This document shows positions 14,711 to 32,375 of a DNA stretch of 64,000 bases, piece after piece. Location: NCBI RefSeq assembly GCF_009914755.1, contig NC_060933.1; one strand, 5' to 3'. Origin of the DNA: the human T2T-CHM13v2.0 reference genome, Homo sapiens. Position numbers and translations under genes: made by a program. Numbering within the stretch: position 1 is the first letter of the stretch; the number at the start of each line of letters is the position of its first letter. A model generated the notes under the pieces. The model was given only the letters and a program-made list of their open reading frames with translations, ran no database searches and was not told the origin of the DNA.

Positions 14711-15615
14711 GAGGAGGAGCCAAGATGGCCGAATAGGAACAGCTCCGGTCTACAGCTCCCAGCGTGAGCGACGCAGAAGACGGGTGATTACTGCATTTCC
14801 ATCTGAGGTACCGGGTTCATCTCACTAGGGAGTGCCAGACAGTGGGCGCAGGCCAGTGTGTGTGCGCACCGTGCACGAGCCGAAGCAGGGCGAGGCATTG
14901 CCTCACCTGGGAAGCGCAAGGGGTCAGGGAGTTCCCTTTCCGAGTCAAAGAAAGGGGTGACGGACGCACCTGGAAAATCAGGTCACTCCCACCCAAATAT
15001 TGCGCTTTTCAGACCGGCTTAAGAAACAGCGCACCACGAGACTATATCCCACACCTGGCTCAGAGGGTCCTACGCCCACTGAATCTCGCTGATTGCTAGC
15101 ACAGCAGTCTGAGATCAAACTGCAAGGCGGCAACGAGGCTGGGGGAGGGGCGCCCGCCATTGCCCAGGCTTGCTTAGGTAAACAAAGCAGCCGGGAAGCT
15201 CGAACTGGGTGGAGCCCACCACAGCTCAAGGATGCCTGCCTGCCTCTGTAGGCTCCACCTCTGGGGGCAGGGCACAGACAAACAAAAAGACAGCAGTAAC
15301 CTCTACAGACTTAAGTGTCCCTGTCTGACAGCTTTGAAGAGAGCAGTGGTTCTCCCAGCACGCAGCTGGAGATCTGAGAACGGGCAGACTGCCTCCTCAA
15401 GTGGGTCCCTGACCCCTGACCCCCGAGCAGCCTAACTGGGAGGCACCCCCCAGCAGGGGCACACTGACACCTCACACGGCAGGGTATTCCAACAGACCTG
15501 CAGCTGAGGGTCCTGTCTGTTAGAAGGAAAACTAACAACCAGAAAGGACATCTACACCGAAAACCCATCTGTACATCACCATCATCAAAGACCAAAAGTA
15601 GATAAAACCACAAAG
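14711..15615 (+). promoter_or_regulatory. L1 5'UTR with internal sense Pol II promoter, YY1 site and antisense promoter
   Basis: CpG-rich L1HS 5'UTR; YY1 motif AAGATGGCC intact at 14722-14730. Confidence 0.9.
14978..15160 (-). pseudogene. ORF0: L1 ORF0, truncated to 60 aa by a premature TGA
   Basis: MAGAPPPASLPPCSLISDCC...IWVGVT*; canonical ORF0 is 71 aa and continues RFSRC. Confidence 0.85.
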
Positions 15616-16632
15616 ATGGGGAAAAAACAGAACAGAAAAACTGGAAACTCTAAAACGCAGAGTGCCTCTCCTCCTCCAAAGGAACGCAGTTCCTCACCAG
15701 CAACAGAACAAAGCTGGATGGAGAATGATTTTGACGAGCTGAGAGAAGAAGGCTTCAGACGATCAAATTACTCTGAGCTACGGGAGGACATTCAAACCAA
15801 AGGCAAAGAAGTTGAAAACTTTGAAAAAAATTTAGAAGAATGTATAACTAGAATAACCAATACAGAGAAGTGCTTAAAGGAGCTGATGGAGCTGAAAACC
15901 AAGGCTCGAGAACTACGTGAAGAATGCAGAAGCCTCAGGAGCCGATGCGATCAACTGGAAGAAAGGGTATCAGCAATGGAAGATGAAATGAATGAAATGA
16001 AGCGAGAAGGGAAGTTTAGAGAAAAAAGAATAAAAAGAAATGAGCAAAGCCTCCAAGAAATATGGGACTATGTGAAAAGACCAAATCTACGTCTGATTGG
16101 TGTACCTGAAAGTGATGTGGAGAATGGAACCAAGTTGGAAAACACTCTGCAGGATATTATCCAGGAGAACTTCCCCAATCTAGCAAGGCAGGCCAACGTT
16201 CAGATTCAGGAAATACAGAGAACGCCACAAAGATACTCCTCGAGAAGAGCAACTCCAAGACACATAATGGTCAGATTCACCAAAGTTGAAATGAAGGAAA
16301 AAATGTTAAGGGCAGCCAGAGAGAAAGGTCGGGTTACCCTCAAAGGAAAGCCCATCAGACTAACAGCGGATCTCTCGGCAGAAACCCTACAAGCCAGAAG
16401 AGAGTGGGGGCCAATATTCAACATTCTTAAAGAAAAGAATTTTCAACCCAGAATTTCATATCCAGCCAAACTAAGCTTCATAAGTGAAGGAGAAATAAAA
16501 TACTTTATAGACAAGCAAATGCTGAGAGATTTTGTCACCACCAGGCCTGCCCTAAAAGAGCTCCTGAAGGAAGCGCTAAACATGGAAAGGAACAACCGGT
16601 ACCAGCCGCTGCAAAATCATGCCAAAATGTAA
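15616..16632 (+). CDS. ORF1: LINE-1 ORF1p RNA-binding protein (338 aa)
   Basis: MGKKQNRK...; coiled coil, REKG, ARR and YPAKLS motifs intact. Confidence 0.98.
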   Translation: MGKKQNRKTGNSKTQSASPPPKERSSSPATEQSWMENDFDELREEGFRRSNYSELREDIQTKGKEVENFEKNLEECITRITNTEKCLKELMELKTKARELREECRSLRSRCDQLEERVSAMEDEMNEMKREGKFREKRIKRNEQSLQEIWDYVKRPNLRLIGVPESDVENGTKLENTLQDIIQENFPNLARQANVQIQEIQRTPQRYSSRRATPRHIMVRFTKVEMKEKMLRAAREKGRVTLKGKPIRLTADLSAETLQARREWGPIFNILKEKNFQPRISYPAKLSFISEGEIKYFIDKQMLRDFVTTRPALKELLKEALNMERNNRYQPLQNHAKM

Positions 16633-16671
16633 AGACCATCGAGACTAGGAAGAAACTGCATCAACTAATGA

Positions 16672-20523
<3,852 letters not shown>

Positions 20524-21004
20524 ACAATGAGATCACATGGACACAGGAAGGGGAATATCACACTCTGGGGACTGTGGTGGGGTCGGGGGAGGGGGGAGAG
20601 ATAGCATTGGGAGATATACCTAATGCTAGATGACACATTAGTGGGTGCAGCGCACCAGCATGGCACATGTATACATATGTAACTAACCTGCACAATGTGC
20701 ACATGTACCCTAAAACTTAGAGTATAATAAAAAAATAAAATAAAATAAAATAAAAAAAAAATTGCTTCTTATTGCCAGGCTTTTTGTTGTTGTTGATTCT
20801 TCCAGATTTTCTGCATAAAGATTACATCATCTGCAAACAAAGAGGGTTTTCTTTCTTTCTTTTCAATCAGTATACCTTTTATCCCCTTTCTTGTTTTATT
20901 GCATTAGCTAGGACTTTTGGTATGATATTGAGAAGCAGTGGTGACAGGGGATATCCTTGCCTTGTTTCTGATCTTAGTGGGAAAGCTTTGGTTTTCTCAG
21001 CATC

Positions 21005-21203
21005 GAAAGCATTTTTAATTGCAGAAATAATGTATGAACCTATTCTCTTTATCAAAGTAAAGTTACAGATAAGCCAAAGTGCCTTTTTCCCAAATTATCA
21101 ATGCCAACCACTCCTAAAAGAAAACCAAGGTAATTGTTGTGTTTTATACATTCTTTCATACTTTAAAACATGTTTATGTACAAAATATATGTCTCTAGGA
21201 AAG
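21005..21203 (+). repeat. Putative donor of the 14217-14415 duplicate
   Basis: Begins where the old L1M text ends and runs into flanking sequence. Confidence 0.9.
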
Positions 21204-21711
21204 TATATGTATGTGTGTATTATATTGACATATATACTTACATATATATTTCCAAATTATACTTAAAAATAGAATGAAATGATTAACTGTGTCAAATACT
21301 GCTTAAAAACAGTAAAAGAGTACTAAAAACCATTCTTTAGATTTTTACTGATGCCATGGTCAAATAAACATGATCATGGTGGGTTTAGGAGAGAATAGAA
21401 GGAGAGGAAAGCAAGACTGCATTTATAATTAAGTCTTTCAGGAGTTTAATGCTAAGGCAGCAGAAAACAGTGGGTATGATGGGGAGGAGGTAGAAAATTT
21501 CCTAAAATTGTTCCTACTTTGTTTGTAAAATAGCAAGCGTCATCCTCCTAGAATGAAGATGGAGAGGTCATGTTGCCCTACGTAGTTCCAAAGAAATTAG
21601 TGGCTTCTGTGTCATGTTGAAATAATATACTCAAGGACACTAGGACAGTAAGCAAATAACTCAGAAGATAAAAATTCTAATCAGATCTGTTCAAGTCCAA
21701 AGCCTGTGCTG

Positions 21712-21886
21712 CAGAATTTTTCTGCAGTTTGCTCTGTTGACAACTGACATCAGAATCCCCTGATATTTTAGTTTAAAAATGTGTTTCCAAGCCCCACTCC
21801 AAATCTACTGCCTTAGAATACAGAAAATTTATATATGAAGAGCTCTTCAAAGTCATTCTTACATACACTGAAGTGTGAAAACCAGT
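21712..21886. mobile_element. MER5-type hAT-Charlie relic
   Basis: cagaatcccctg...aagccccactccaaatctactg...cactgaagtgtgaaaaccagt. Confidence 0.55.
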
Positions 21887-24566
21887 AATGTCTACTTTCC
21901 GTCATAATCTGAGAGTCACAAAGTGAAATTCCTGTAAGTAGCAGGCTGCCAGACACTTAAAAGAGTCAAAAATGCCATGAAGGGAACTGTGGTCACCTGG
22001 GGTCCAATTTAGACATGTTTAAAACACTAGGTGGGTGAAAGAAAACATATTTACAGGCTAGATTTGTGACTGAATTATTATACTACATTCTTCAAGAGGA
22101 AGCTGTGTGTAGCAGCAAGATCTGGCCATGGGCCTGTCTCTATTAGCATCACACTCTGACTAAATAGAATTAATTTGGATAAGAAGGTGAACCAAAGGCT
22201 ACTGATATTTTCAGATTGCCACTACCTAAATATCAGTTTTAATCAATGGTTTAATAGGTACACAAAATATCTAATGTGATTTCTGTCAAACTGTGGTGTG
22301 CAAGCAATAGACAAGATGACAACAAATTATACTAGACAAGAAATTAGAAAGAAGAATGCAACCTGTAATTACTGCAGTAAAGAGGTCAGTTGAATTGCAT
22401 CGAGTCATGGAGGATAACTGCGCCTTAGATAGAGGTGCATGTTTTTATCTAACCAAATTCAGGAGAGATTACAATAAGAATTGGATAAGCACGAAGTTGA
22501 AAATGTTACCTGGTGTACAGAATGCATTGGGTTGTGAAATTAAACCCTGAGTAAAGGCATGAGCTGAGCGTTTCCCTTTGACAGAACAGAAGGGTGAGCT
22601 ATAAGAAGGGGCATGTCCATCTGCAGCTTAGGAAGAATTATACCGAGAGTGAGAAGCTTCCAAGTTCATCGCAGCACAAAATCTGCCTGTAAATAAACTT
22701 ATCATCACCCCGTGGAGTAGGAACCTCAGCCCACATAAGATGGCAAGTCTCTTTTTAGTTTATAACTCTCAGAAGGCATAAGAATATGGAACTGATGAAG
22801 TTATTCCAATTAAAGGCATTGTTTCCACTGTGTTAACTTTAGGGGCATGCATGATCTCCATTGGGATACTGTCTGTGTAATTGTTACTTACATTATTTGA
22901 ATGTATCAAAGCTACTGGATAATCTGTCAAATTAGAATTGTGACTTAAATGTAAACTAGGTAATTGATATTAGATTTGCGATATCGGTTTGAAAGCTATA
23001 AGAATTTGACTCAATTCTTTAGCATAACGTCTACTGGGATTTCTCATGTTGTCTTGAAATGATAGATAAGGCTGAGGCTAAAGGCAAAAACCACTCTGTA
23101 TTTCACGAGAACAGCCAGTGCACGGAAGCAGCCGCTTTCCCAAGAGTTTATTCACAGATTATAGATCAGAGCTTCATGCCTGGCTTCTAGACGAAATAAA
23201 AGGGAGACTGGGAAGTGGGCTACAGTGAGGGGCATGCTGTGTTCACAGTTGGAGGCCATTCTTGTTCCTCTCCATGTCATGGAAGGGGAGAAAGGGAAGT
23301 GTTTTCTCCCTGTGGCCCTGTTGGAACATTGAGAAAATCACTTGTCAACATCAGAGTGTTCTGCAAGAAGCAGAGACTGGCACCTCCATCCTCAGCTGAG
23401 TTCTTGCTGACTACTGGGATCTGTAAGTCTCTGGTGCCAAGACATGAAGTAGCCCGGCGATGGAGTTCATGGGGAGCTTGACCTGCATCGCTTGGGGCTT
23501 GGTGGCATTCAACACTAAGGCTACTGACAATGCACTGTCTCAAGATTGCTGAAGGTCACAGTGTTCTGGAGGAGGCTGTATTAGGAGGATCTGAAGGATG
23601 ATAAATATGTGCCAGGGAAGATGGGGGTATCACTCCTCCCTTCCCAGTTCTACAAAAGCACAGGACAGTGCAGAAGAGAAACTCAGAACTGAACACACAA
23701 ATGGGGTATCCAACTAGAAGAAGGAGTTGGGGTGTGTATGCTCTGGTCAGGCCAAAGAGAGCCGTGACTGCCTCTCTGGAAGGCATCCTAGTGGGGAGGG
23801 CATCAGCACTGTGCTGTCACACTGCACATCAGTAGACGCTTGTGACATCACACAGACCCAGTAGGAAACAGAGAAGGACTAGGACCACCTCCATCCCCTA
23901 GCAGGCGAGCAGCCATGTGAGGCACTCACTGCCTCCTTCCAGAGCCCTCCTCCCTGCTCCTGGCCTGGAGGAGCAGGCGCCTAGAGGGAGAAGGACTGGC
24001 CACTTCAGAGCAACCCTACCCCAACCACACCAGTGAGGGGTTGGGGGAAGAATCTGAAATGAAATAGGAGGGCAGCGTGGTGCCTTAGAAATGGTCAGAA
24101 CTGAGTCTTATATTATGCAATGACATCTCTAAAACCCCCAAATGACAGAAAAACCATGGATGCCATACCAAGATATCAGTAATGAACTATCTGGGTCTAC
24201 CATTACAGGGTCAAATTACTTGTCCATATGGTTTTAATATTTTAAGAAAATTTATTTAAAAACTTTCATAGTCAAGGTTACTTGTTTAGGGGAACTTAAT
24301 TTCTTAAATAGCTATATAAATTAATTAGTCAGAAAAATAAATCACTATTATTTTAAACAGTTATTAGTTTTATGAATAGAAAAACAAGATTTTAAAGTGG
24401 ACCTGAAAGACTTATGAAAAGAACTTGTTTCCATGAGGAAAAGTATCTGTGTAGGAAATTAATTTTAAATTCCACCTCAGGGACTCCAAGAGTCTTTTCA
24501 ACACATGAATTCCCTCTCTTCCTTCCCAGACTTTAAGGCAAGTCACTCACTTAATGAGCATACTGC

Positions 24567-24621
24567 CTATCTATCTATCTATCTATCTATCCATCTATCA
24601 TCTATCTATCTATCCATCCAT
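24567..24621. repeat. (TCTA)n/(TCCA)n microsatellite
   Basis: Directly visible tandem repeat. Confidence 0.9.
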
Positions 24622-24769
24622 CTTCGGTTCTATCCTCAGAGATTCTGATTTTTTTAGTTCTGTAAGAACTAGAGCCAAATGCACACGTGCATGATTCTCT
24701 AAAAATCTGTAATCACTTTATTGCATAGGAAAAGAAAAAGTAGTAATGAAAAATGTGAATTGCAAAAAT

Positions 24770-25060
24770 TCCGAGGGCTGGGGGGATTGCGGAGACAGTC
24801 AAAAGATAACAAATTTTTAGTAAGGTTTAAGAGATCTACTGTACATTATGGTGACTATAGTTAATAAAAATTATATTTTTTGAAAATGGTTGAGAGTAAT
24901 TTTAAGTGTTCTCACCACAAAAGGAAAAGATAAATATATAAGCTACATATGTTAATGAGCTTGATTTAGCCATTCCACAAGGTATACATATATCAAGACA
25001 TAATATTGTATACCATAAAGATATAAAACCTTCGTTTATTCAAAATAAATTTTAAAAAAG
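24770..25060 (+). mobile_element. L1MA-type 3' end
   Basis: gagatctactgtacattatggtgactatagttaat...gatttagccattccacaa followed by an A-rich end. Confidence 0.75.
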
Positions 25061-25959
25061 CATTCAGTATTTTATTCTCTGAGAGTTGCTGAATGATCTA
25101 ATTGGATTGATTTCCAAGGCAGTGCAACAACGGATTCTTAGTTCTTCTAGAGAATTTGTTAGCAGGTGGTAGGCAAGGAAAAGTCAATGAGGCTGACTTT
25201 AAAACATGGGAGTCTACAAAGAGCTAAGGGAACAATGAGGACAGCTGCATTGCAGTGGCAAGCTCTAAATCTCATTCCCATTTTTGTAAGAAAAAATAGC
25301 TGCACACCTACAGACATTTAGATATTATTAATAAATGTGCACTCTGCACCCAAGGTTCTAGCATCATCTCATAGAGAGAGAGAATTGCCTGGCTCATTGT
25401 CTTTGCTTCTTCCTGGTTTAGTCTTTGCTGTTCTGATAAAGGAGGGATGAATGCAGTGCACAAGAGATATCGATCTCGGATTGGAACATAGAAAATGTCA
25501 ATGAAGGATCCACAGCTTTCATCATTCATGGGAAACTGGCAGGCCAGACCAGCCCATCCTGTCTCAGAAAGTGAACACCCCTGTGACAGCAGGATGTTGG
25601 AGGTGGGGGTATGTTTCCACCGCACTGGCTAACTCAGAGCCCATCATTTAAAAAGACAAACTCAGGCAGTGTGAGATTAATCTGTTGACAATCATCCCTT
25701 ATTGAAATATAACAGTCAATGCATATTCCATATATGTAATATGTACACATCACACATTACACATATACATAGATGCCCGTACAATCCATATTACAATAAT
25801 ACAATTGACACTTAGTCCATTTCTACTGATCACCTTCCAAATGCCGGCAATAATTAAAAGTCGACATACAAAGAAAAAGAACACATTGTTTCCTCCTCTA
25901 AGGAGCTCACAAGTTAGTAAGGGGAGACTAAGAAACTGAGTTATAAATAAAGAGTTAAC

Positions 25960-26685
<726 letters not shown>

Positions 26686-26749
26686 TTAAAATCAGAGTTA
26701 TGATTGCAAAACAATAATACAAGTAATAGAGTTTCAGGACTCTTCTGAC

Positions 26750-26930
26750 CCATTTGCTGCACGTTAACCCACTTATTTTTCATAACTACCTAAAAAGGTA
26801 GTGGACCCTCATTACCGTCTCTGTTTACAAATGAATATATTGAAGCACAGAGAAGAAGTTAACTTGGCCAAGATCCCGCAGCTAGTAAGTAGCAAAGACA
26901 GGCACTGGAACCCAGGTACGTTTAACCACC
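26750..26930 (-). mobile_element. MIR
   Basis: tttacaaatgaatatattgaagcacagagaagaagttaacttggccaagatcccgcagctagtaagt. Confidence 0.8.
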
Positions 26931-27424
26931 TCGGAGCTGCCGTTTTCCTGTGTGGGCAGCTCATAGTCGGCTGGCTGCACCTTACAGCCTGTCTCCAATC
27001 TGGCCAGTTGCTTACTTCTTCCTGTATCTGAGGTGGGCATGGGAGGAAGTCATGCATTTCCTCCAGCTGCCCAAACCATGGTGTGCACTCTGGCCCTCTC
27101 CTCAGTCTTGATGGGAGTCGTGAGACACCTGGAGCATCATCGCCTTGCAAATGTTTCCTCCACTTCATGGCTTCCTACACTGGCTGTAGAGGAGGGTGTC
27201 GGACATAAGGAAGTCTCCTGCACGACATCAGTAGTAGACACAGGCCCCTTCCTGAGTCCTCCACTGTATGCTAACACCTGACCGAAAGCCTGATCAAAAA
27301 CATTAATGGGTCTTTGGCATCAGTGGAAGGGAAATACACCGCAAAGCACAACAAAAGCCAACCATGAGCTAGAGGATTATCCCCAGAGTTCATGGGTCCA
27401 ACTCTTCCTCCACAGGAGCATCCT

Positions 27425-28080
27425 GTACACACAAACATACCACACACACTCACCACACAATACACATGCACAAACCACACACACATATACCACACACACC
27501 ACACACAAACACACCATGCACGCATACACACTACATACAACATACCACACACAACACGCACACCATACAATGCACATGCACGGACCACACACACACACAC
27601 CACACATACTACACACACACCACATACAATACACACACAACACACATGTATACCACACACCACACATGTACACGAACACACCACACACCACACACAATAC
27701 ACTATACACACAACACCCACACCACACACAAACAGCGCATACACCACAAACACACATACCACATACACCACACCATACATGCCACACATTCACACCATAC
27801 ACACAGAAATACCACAACACACAGCACATACAAACACAACACAAACATATACACCACACACACACCATATATGTGTACCACATGCACAACACACACAGAC
27901 ACATATCACACACCACACACCCACCCCACACAAACATGCACCACACACACAGACATACTGCACACAGACAAACCCTACATACAGATACATGCCACACACA
28001 TATGTATATGCTACACACACCACACATACACATCACACACACAAGCACACCACATACCTACCCCCCCACCACACACACAT
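27425..28080. repeat. Degenerate (CA)-rich low-complexity tract
   Basis: About 650 bp of cacac/catac/cacca units. Confidence 0.95.
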
Positions 28081-29275
28081 GTTATATACTGTCTCCCCAC
28101 TTCCCTGTCCCAGCAACCAAGAGAAAGACTTTGAACCCTGCCCTCAGCAGCCACGGCTCCACCCCACCAAATCCTTCACTCACATCCACCCACGTTATTT
28201 TCCATTTGATTGGTCCTTCTTCAGTGAGAGCAATGGCCAGAAAGTCAGCTGTCTTTACGAAAATAAACATAGGAAGGAAGGAAGGAAACAAGAAAGGGCA
28301 GGAGGAAGGGAGGAAGGAAGAAGGGGAAGAAGGGCGAGAGGAAGGAAGAGGAATGGAGGGGGAGAGGGGAGGGAACTCATTCTTAACCCAGTGGTTGCTT
28401 CCTCACCTTGTCTCCTTCCCCACCCTTTGAAATAGAATAAGCCAACCCAATCTAAGAATGCCTCTTCTTGCAGAATCGTAGTATTTTATTATTATATGTA
28501 ATGTTAATGTGGATGGCATTGAAAGCCCAGGAGTGAGAGAGGTCCCCCAGGGAAAGCAAAAGAAGCTGGAAAGAACCTTAATATTTCATCGACCTTGATG
28601 GAATGGGCAGAGTGAGTAGTGAGTGCACTAGTGTTTGTTGAGCCTCTGCTCTGTGCCTACTAGATGCCAGGCAGGTCAAACAATTTAGAATTACTCTGTA
28701 TGAAGGCAGCTTCTGTCCAATTGTATTAACATTTTAAAAAATGTTTGAATTATTAAATAATACCATTGACCTTTATTGGATGTAGGGTTCCATGAATTTT
28801 AGCACATTGCACAGTATCATGTACCCACAACCACAATCAGGATACAGGACAGGACCACCGCCAGAGTCCCTTGTACAACCCCTTTCTAATCATATCCTCC
28901 CCCGTCCCCTAAGCCTTGGCAACCACCGATCTTTTATCTGTCACGATAACTTTGTCTTTTTGAGAATGTCATGTAAAGGATTCAGTTTTCGGTAATCCTG
29001 AGTAGAACTGCTAATAATATTTGTGTACTAGTTCTATCAATTTACTGAGAGAGGAATGTGGGCATTTCTCACCATTGTGGATTTGACTATTTATCCTTTC
29101 TGTTCTTCCAGTTTTTGCTCCATGTGTTTTGAAGCTCTGTTGTCAGGTGTGTCCCATTTAGGATGGCTACAATAGTTTTTTTTGGTGAATTGACACTTTT
29201 ATTATTATATACTATCCCATTTTGTCCTGGATAATTTCTTTTCTCTAAAGTCTACTTAGTCTGATATTAGTATAG

Positions 29276-29954
<679 letters not shown>

Positions 29955-30413
29955 TAAATAAACTTTTTATTTTAGAGCAATTTCAGATTTACAGAAAAAT
30001 TGCTAAGATGTTAGACAATTCCCATATACAACCCCCCCCACCCACAAACACAGTTTTTCTTATCATTAATGTCATACATGAGTATGGTAGATTTGTTACA
30101 CTTAATGAGTCCATATGATACATAATTATTAATATCTGTAACTTATTCAGATTTCCTTTGTTTTAACTTCTGTCTGTCTGTGTTGTTGTCACAGGGTCGA
30201 ATCCAGGATACAGCATTGCATTCAGTTACCATGCCTCCCCAGGCTCCTTTTGGACAGCCTCTTGGACAGTTACTGTTCTTTTACTTTTTTAAAAAAAAAT
30301 TACATTTTAAAATTAACATTTTATTAATCATTGTAGATTAAAATGTAGTTGGAAGAAGCACTACAGAGAAGTATTTTGTATACTTTGCCCATTTTCCTCC
30401 AATGTAACATTTT

Positions 30414-30639
30414 GCTGACTTTCTGACCATTGGTCTCACTGAAGGACCAATCAAATGCAAAATAACGTGGGTGGATGTGACGGAAGGATTTGGTGGGGTG
30501 CATTCATGGCTGCTGAGGGCAGGGTTCAAAGTCTGTCTCTTGATTGCTGGGACAGGGAAGTGGGGAGACAGTATATAATATATGAGTGTGTGTGAGTGCG
30601 TGTGTGTGTGTGTGGTGTGGTAGGTATGTGGTGTGCTTG
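30414..30639 (-). repeat. Inverted copy of 28042-28249
   Basis: Reverse complement matches with about 11 substitutions and one 3-bp indel over the about 168-bp unique part. Confidence 0.95.
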
Positions 30640-31348
30640 ACAATGATGCAAGCCACTCGTCTCCTTCAGATTTCCCCAGTTCACTTGCACGCATCTGTGT
30701 GACAGTGTGTATATGTGAGTGTGTAAGTTACATACAATTTTATTGTCTTTATAGGTTCATGCGGGCACAGAGTCAAGATACAAAACAGTGCCACAGCACG
30801 AGGATTTCCTATGTTGCCCTCTTATAATCCTACTCACTTCCCTCCTGCCAAATCCCTAACCTCTGACATTAGTACTTTCTTTACAGCAGGATCCTGGCAA
30901 TACATTCTGGTGATTTTCCTTCATCTGAGAGTGTCTACATTCAGTTTTATTCCTGAAGAATATTTTTACTGCATATAGGTTCTGAATTGGCAGTTTTTTT
31001 CCTTCAACACATTTAACAAAAACTGTTCCTCTTCCCTCTGGCCTTCCTGGTTTTTGGTGTGAAATCCAAGGTCATACAAACAAAATAGTAATGCATTATT
31101 TTTCTCTGGCTGCATTTAGGACCATTTCCTATGTGTTTATTTTTCAGTAGTTTTTTATGATGTGTCTAGATGTGGAACTATTTGAGTTCATCTGGTTTGG
31201 CATTTGCTGGGCTTTTACCTGTAATTTTCAAACCTTTGGCTCAATTTGGGAAATTTTTAATCATTATCTCTTGAAATATTATTTTCTTCACTCCACTTTT
31301 TTTCTTGTGGGACTTCAATGACTCCATTGTTAGATTGTTATTGTCCCA

Positions 31349-32375
31349 TGTGGGGAAAAGAGAGATCAGATTTTTACTGTGTTCATGTAGAAAAGGAAGA
31401 CATAAGAAACTCCATTTTGATCTGTAGTAAGAAAAATTGTTCTGCTTTGAGATGCTGTTAATCTGTCACTTTAGCCCCAACCTTGTGCTCACAGAAACAT
31501 GTGCTGTATTGAATCAAAGTTTAATGGATTTAGGGCTGTGCAGGATGTGCCTTGTTAGCAATATGTTTGCAGGCAGTATGCTTGGTAAAAGTCATCACCA
31601 TTCTCCATACTCGATTAACCAGGGACACAATGCACTGCGGAAAGCAGCAGGGACCTGTGCCCAAGAAAGCCTGAGTATTGTCCAAGGTTTTCCCCCCACT
31701 GAGACAGCCTGAGATATGGCCTTATGAGAAAGGAAAGACTTTACCATCCCCCAGCCTGACACCTGTAAAGGGTCTGTGCTGAGGAGGAGTAGTGAAAGAG
31801 GGAGTCCTCTTTGCAGTTGAGGTAAGAGGAAGCTTTTGTCTCCTGCTTGTCCCTGGGAATGGAATGTCTCCGTGTAAAGCTGACCATTCCCATTCGTTCT
31901 ATTCTGAGATGGGAGAAAACCGCCCTGTGGCTGGAGGCAAGATATGTTGGCAGCAATACTGCTCTGTTGCTCTTTGCTACACTGAGATGTTTGGGTAAAG
32001 AGAAACATAAATCTAGCCTACATGCACATCGGGCACAGTACCTTTCCTTAAACTTATTCATGATATAGATTCCTTTGCTCACATGTTTCCCTGCTGACCT
32101 TCTCCCCACCTGTTGCCCTGCTACACTCCCCTCGCTAAGACAGTAAAAATAATGATCAATAAACCCTGTTACACTCCCCTTGCTAAGATAGTAAAAATAA
32201 TGATCAATAAATACTGAGGCTGGCGCCTCAGTATGGGTCCTCCGTATGCTGGGCGCCGGTCCCCTGGGCCACTGTTCTTTCTCTATACTTTGTCTCTGTG
32301 TCTCATTTCTTTTCTCAGTCTCTTGTCTCACCTGATGAGAAATACCCACAGGTGCGGAGGGGCTGGCCCACTTTA
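31349..32375 (+). mobile_element. HERV-K(HML-2) solo LTR, LTR5A/B-like
   Basis: TGTGGGGAAAAGAGAGATCAGA start, about 1 kb long, 6-bp TSD GTCCCA at 31343-31348 and 32376-32381. Confidence 0.92.

Noticed and set aside
20772-21266. 164-aa ORF just downstream of the L1HS
   Set aside because: Non-ATG start; spans antisense old L1 and AT-rich flank; no recognisable domain.
23530-24180. Possible ancient LTR or exon-like GC-richer block
   Set aside because: Could not assign termini, TSD or splice structure by eye.
27271-28435. Long His/Thr-rich and Cys/Val-rich ORFs (up to 374 aa) in nearly all frames
   Set aside because: Artefact of the stop-poor CA-rich tract; open on both strands simultaneously.
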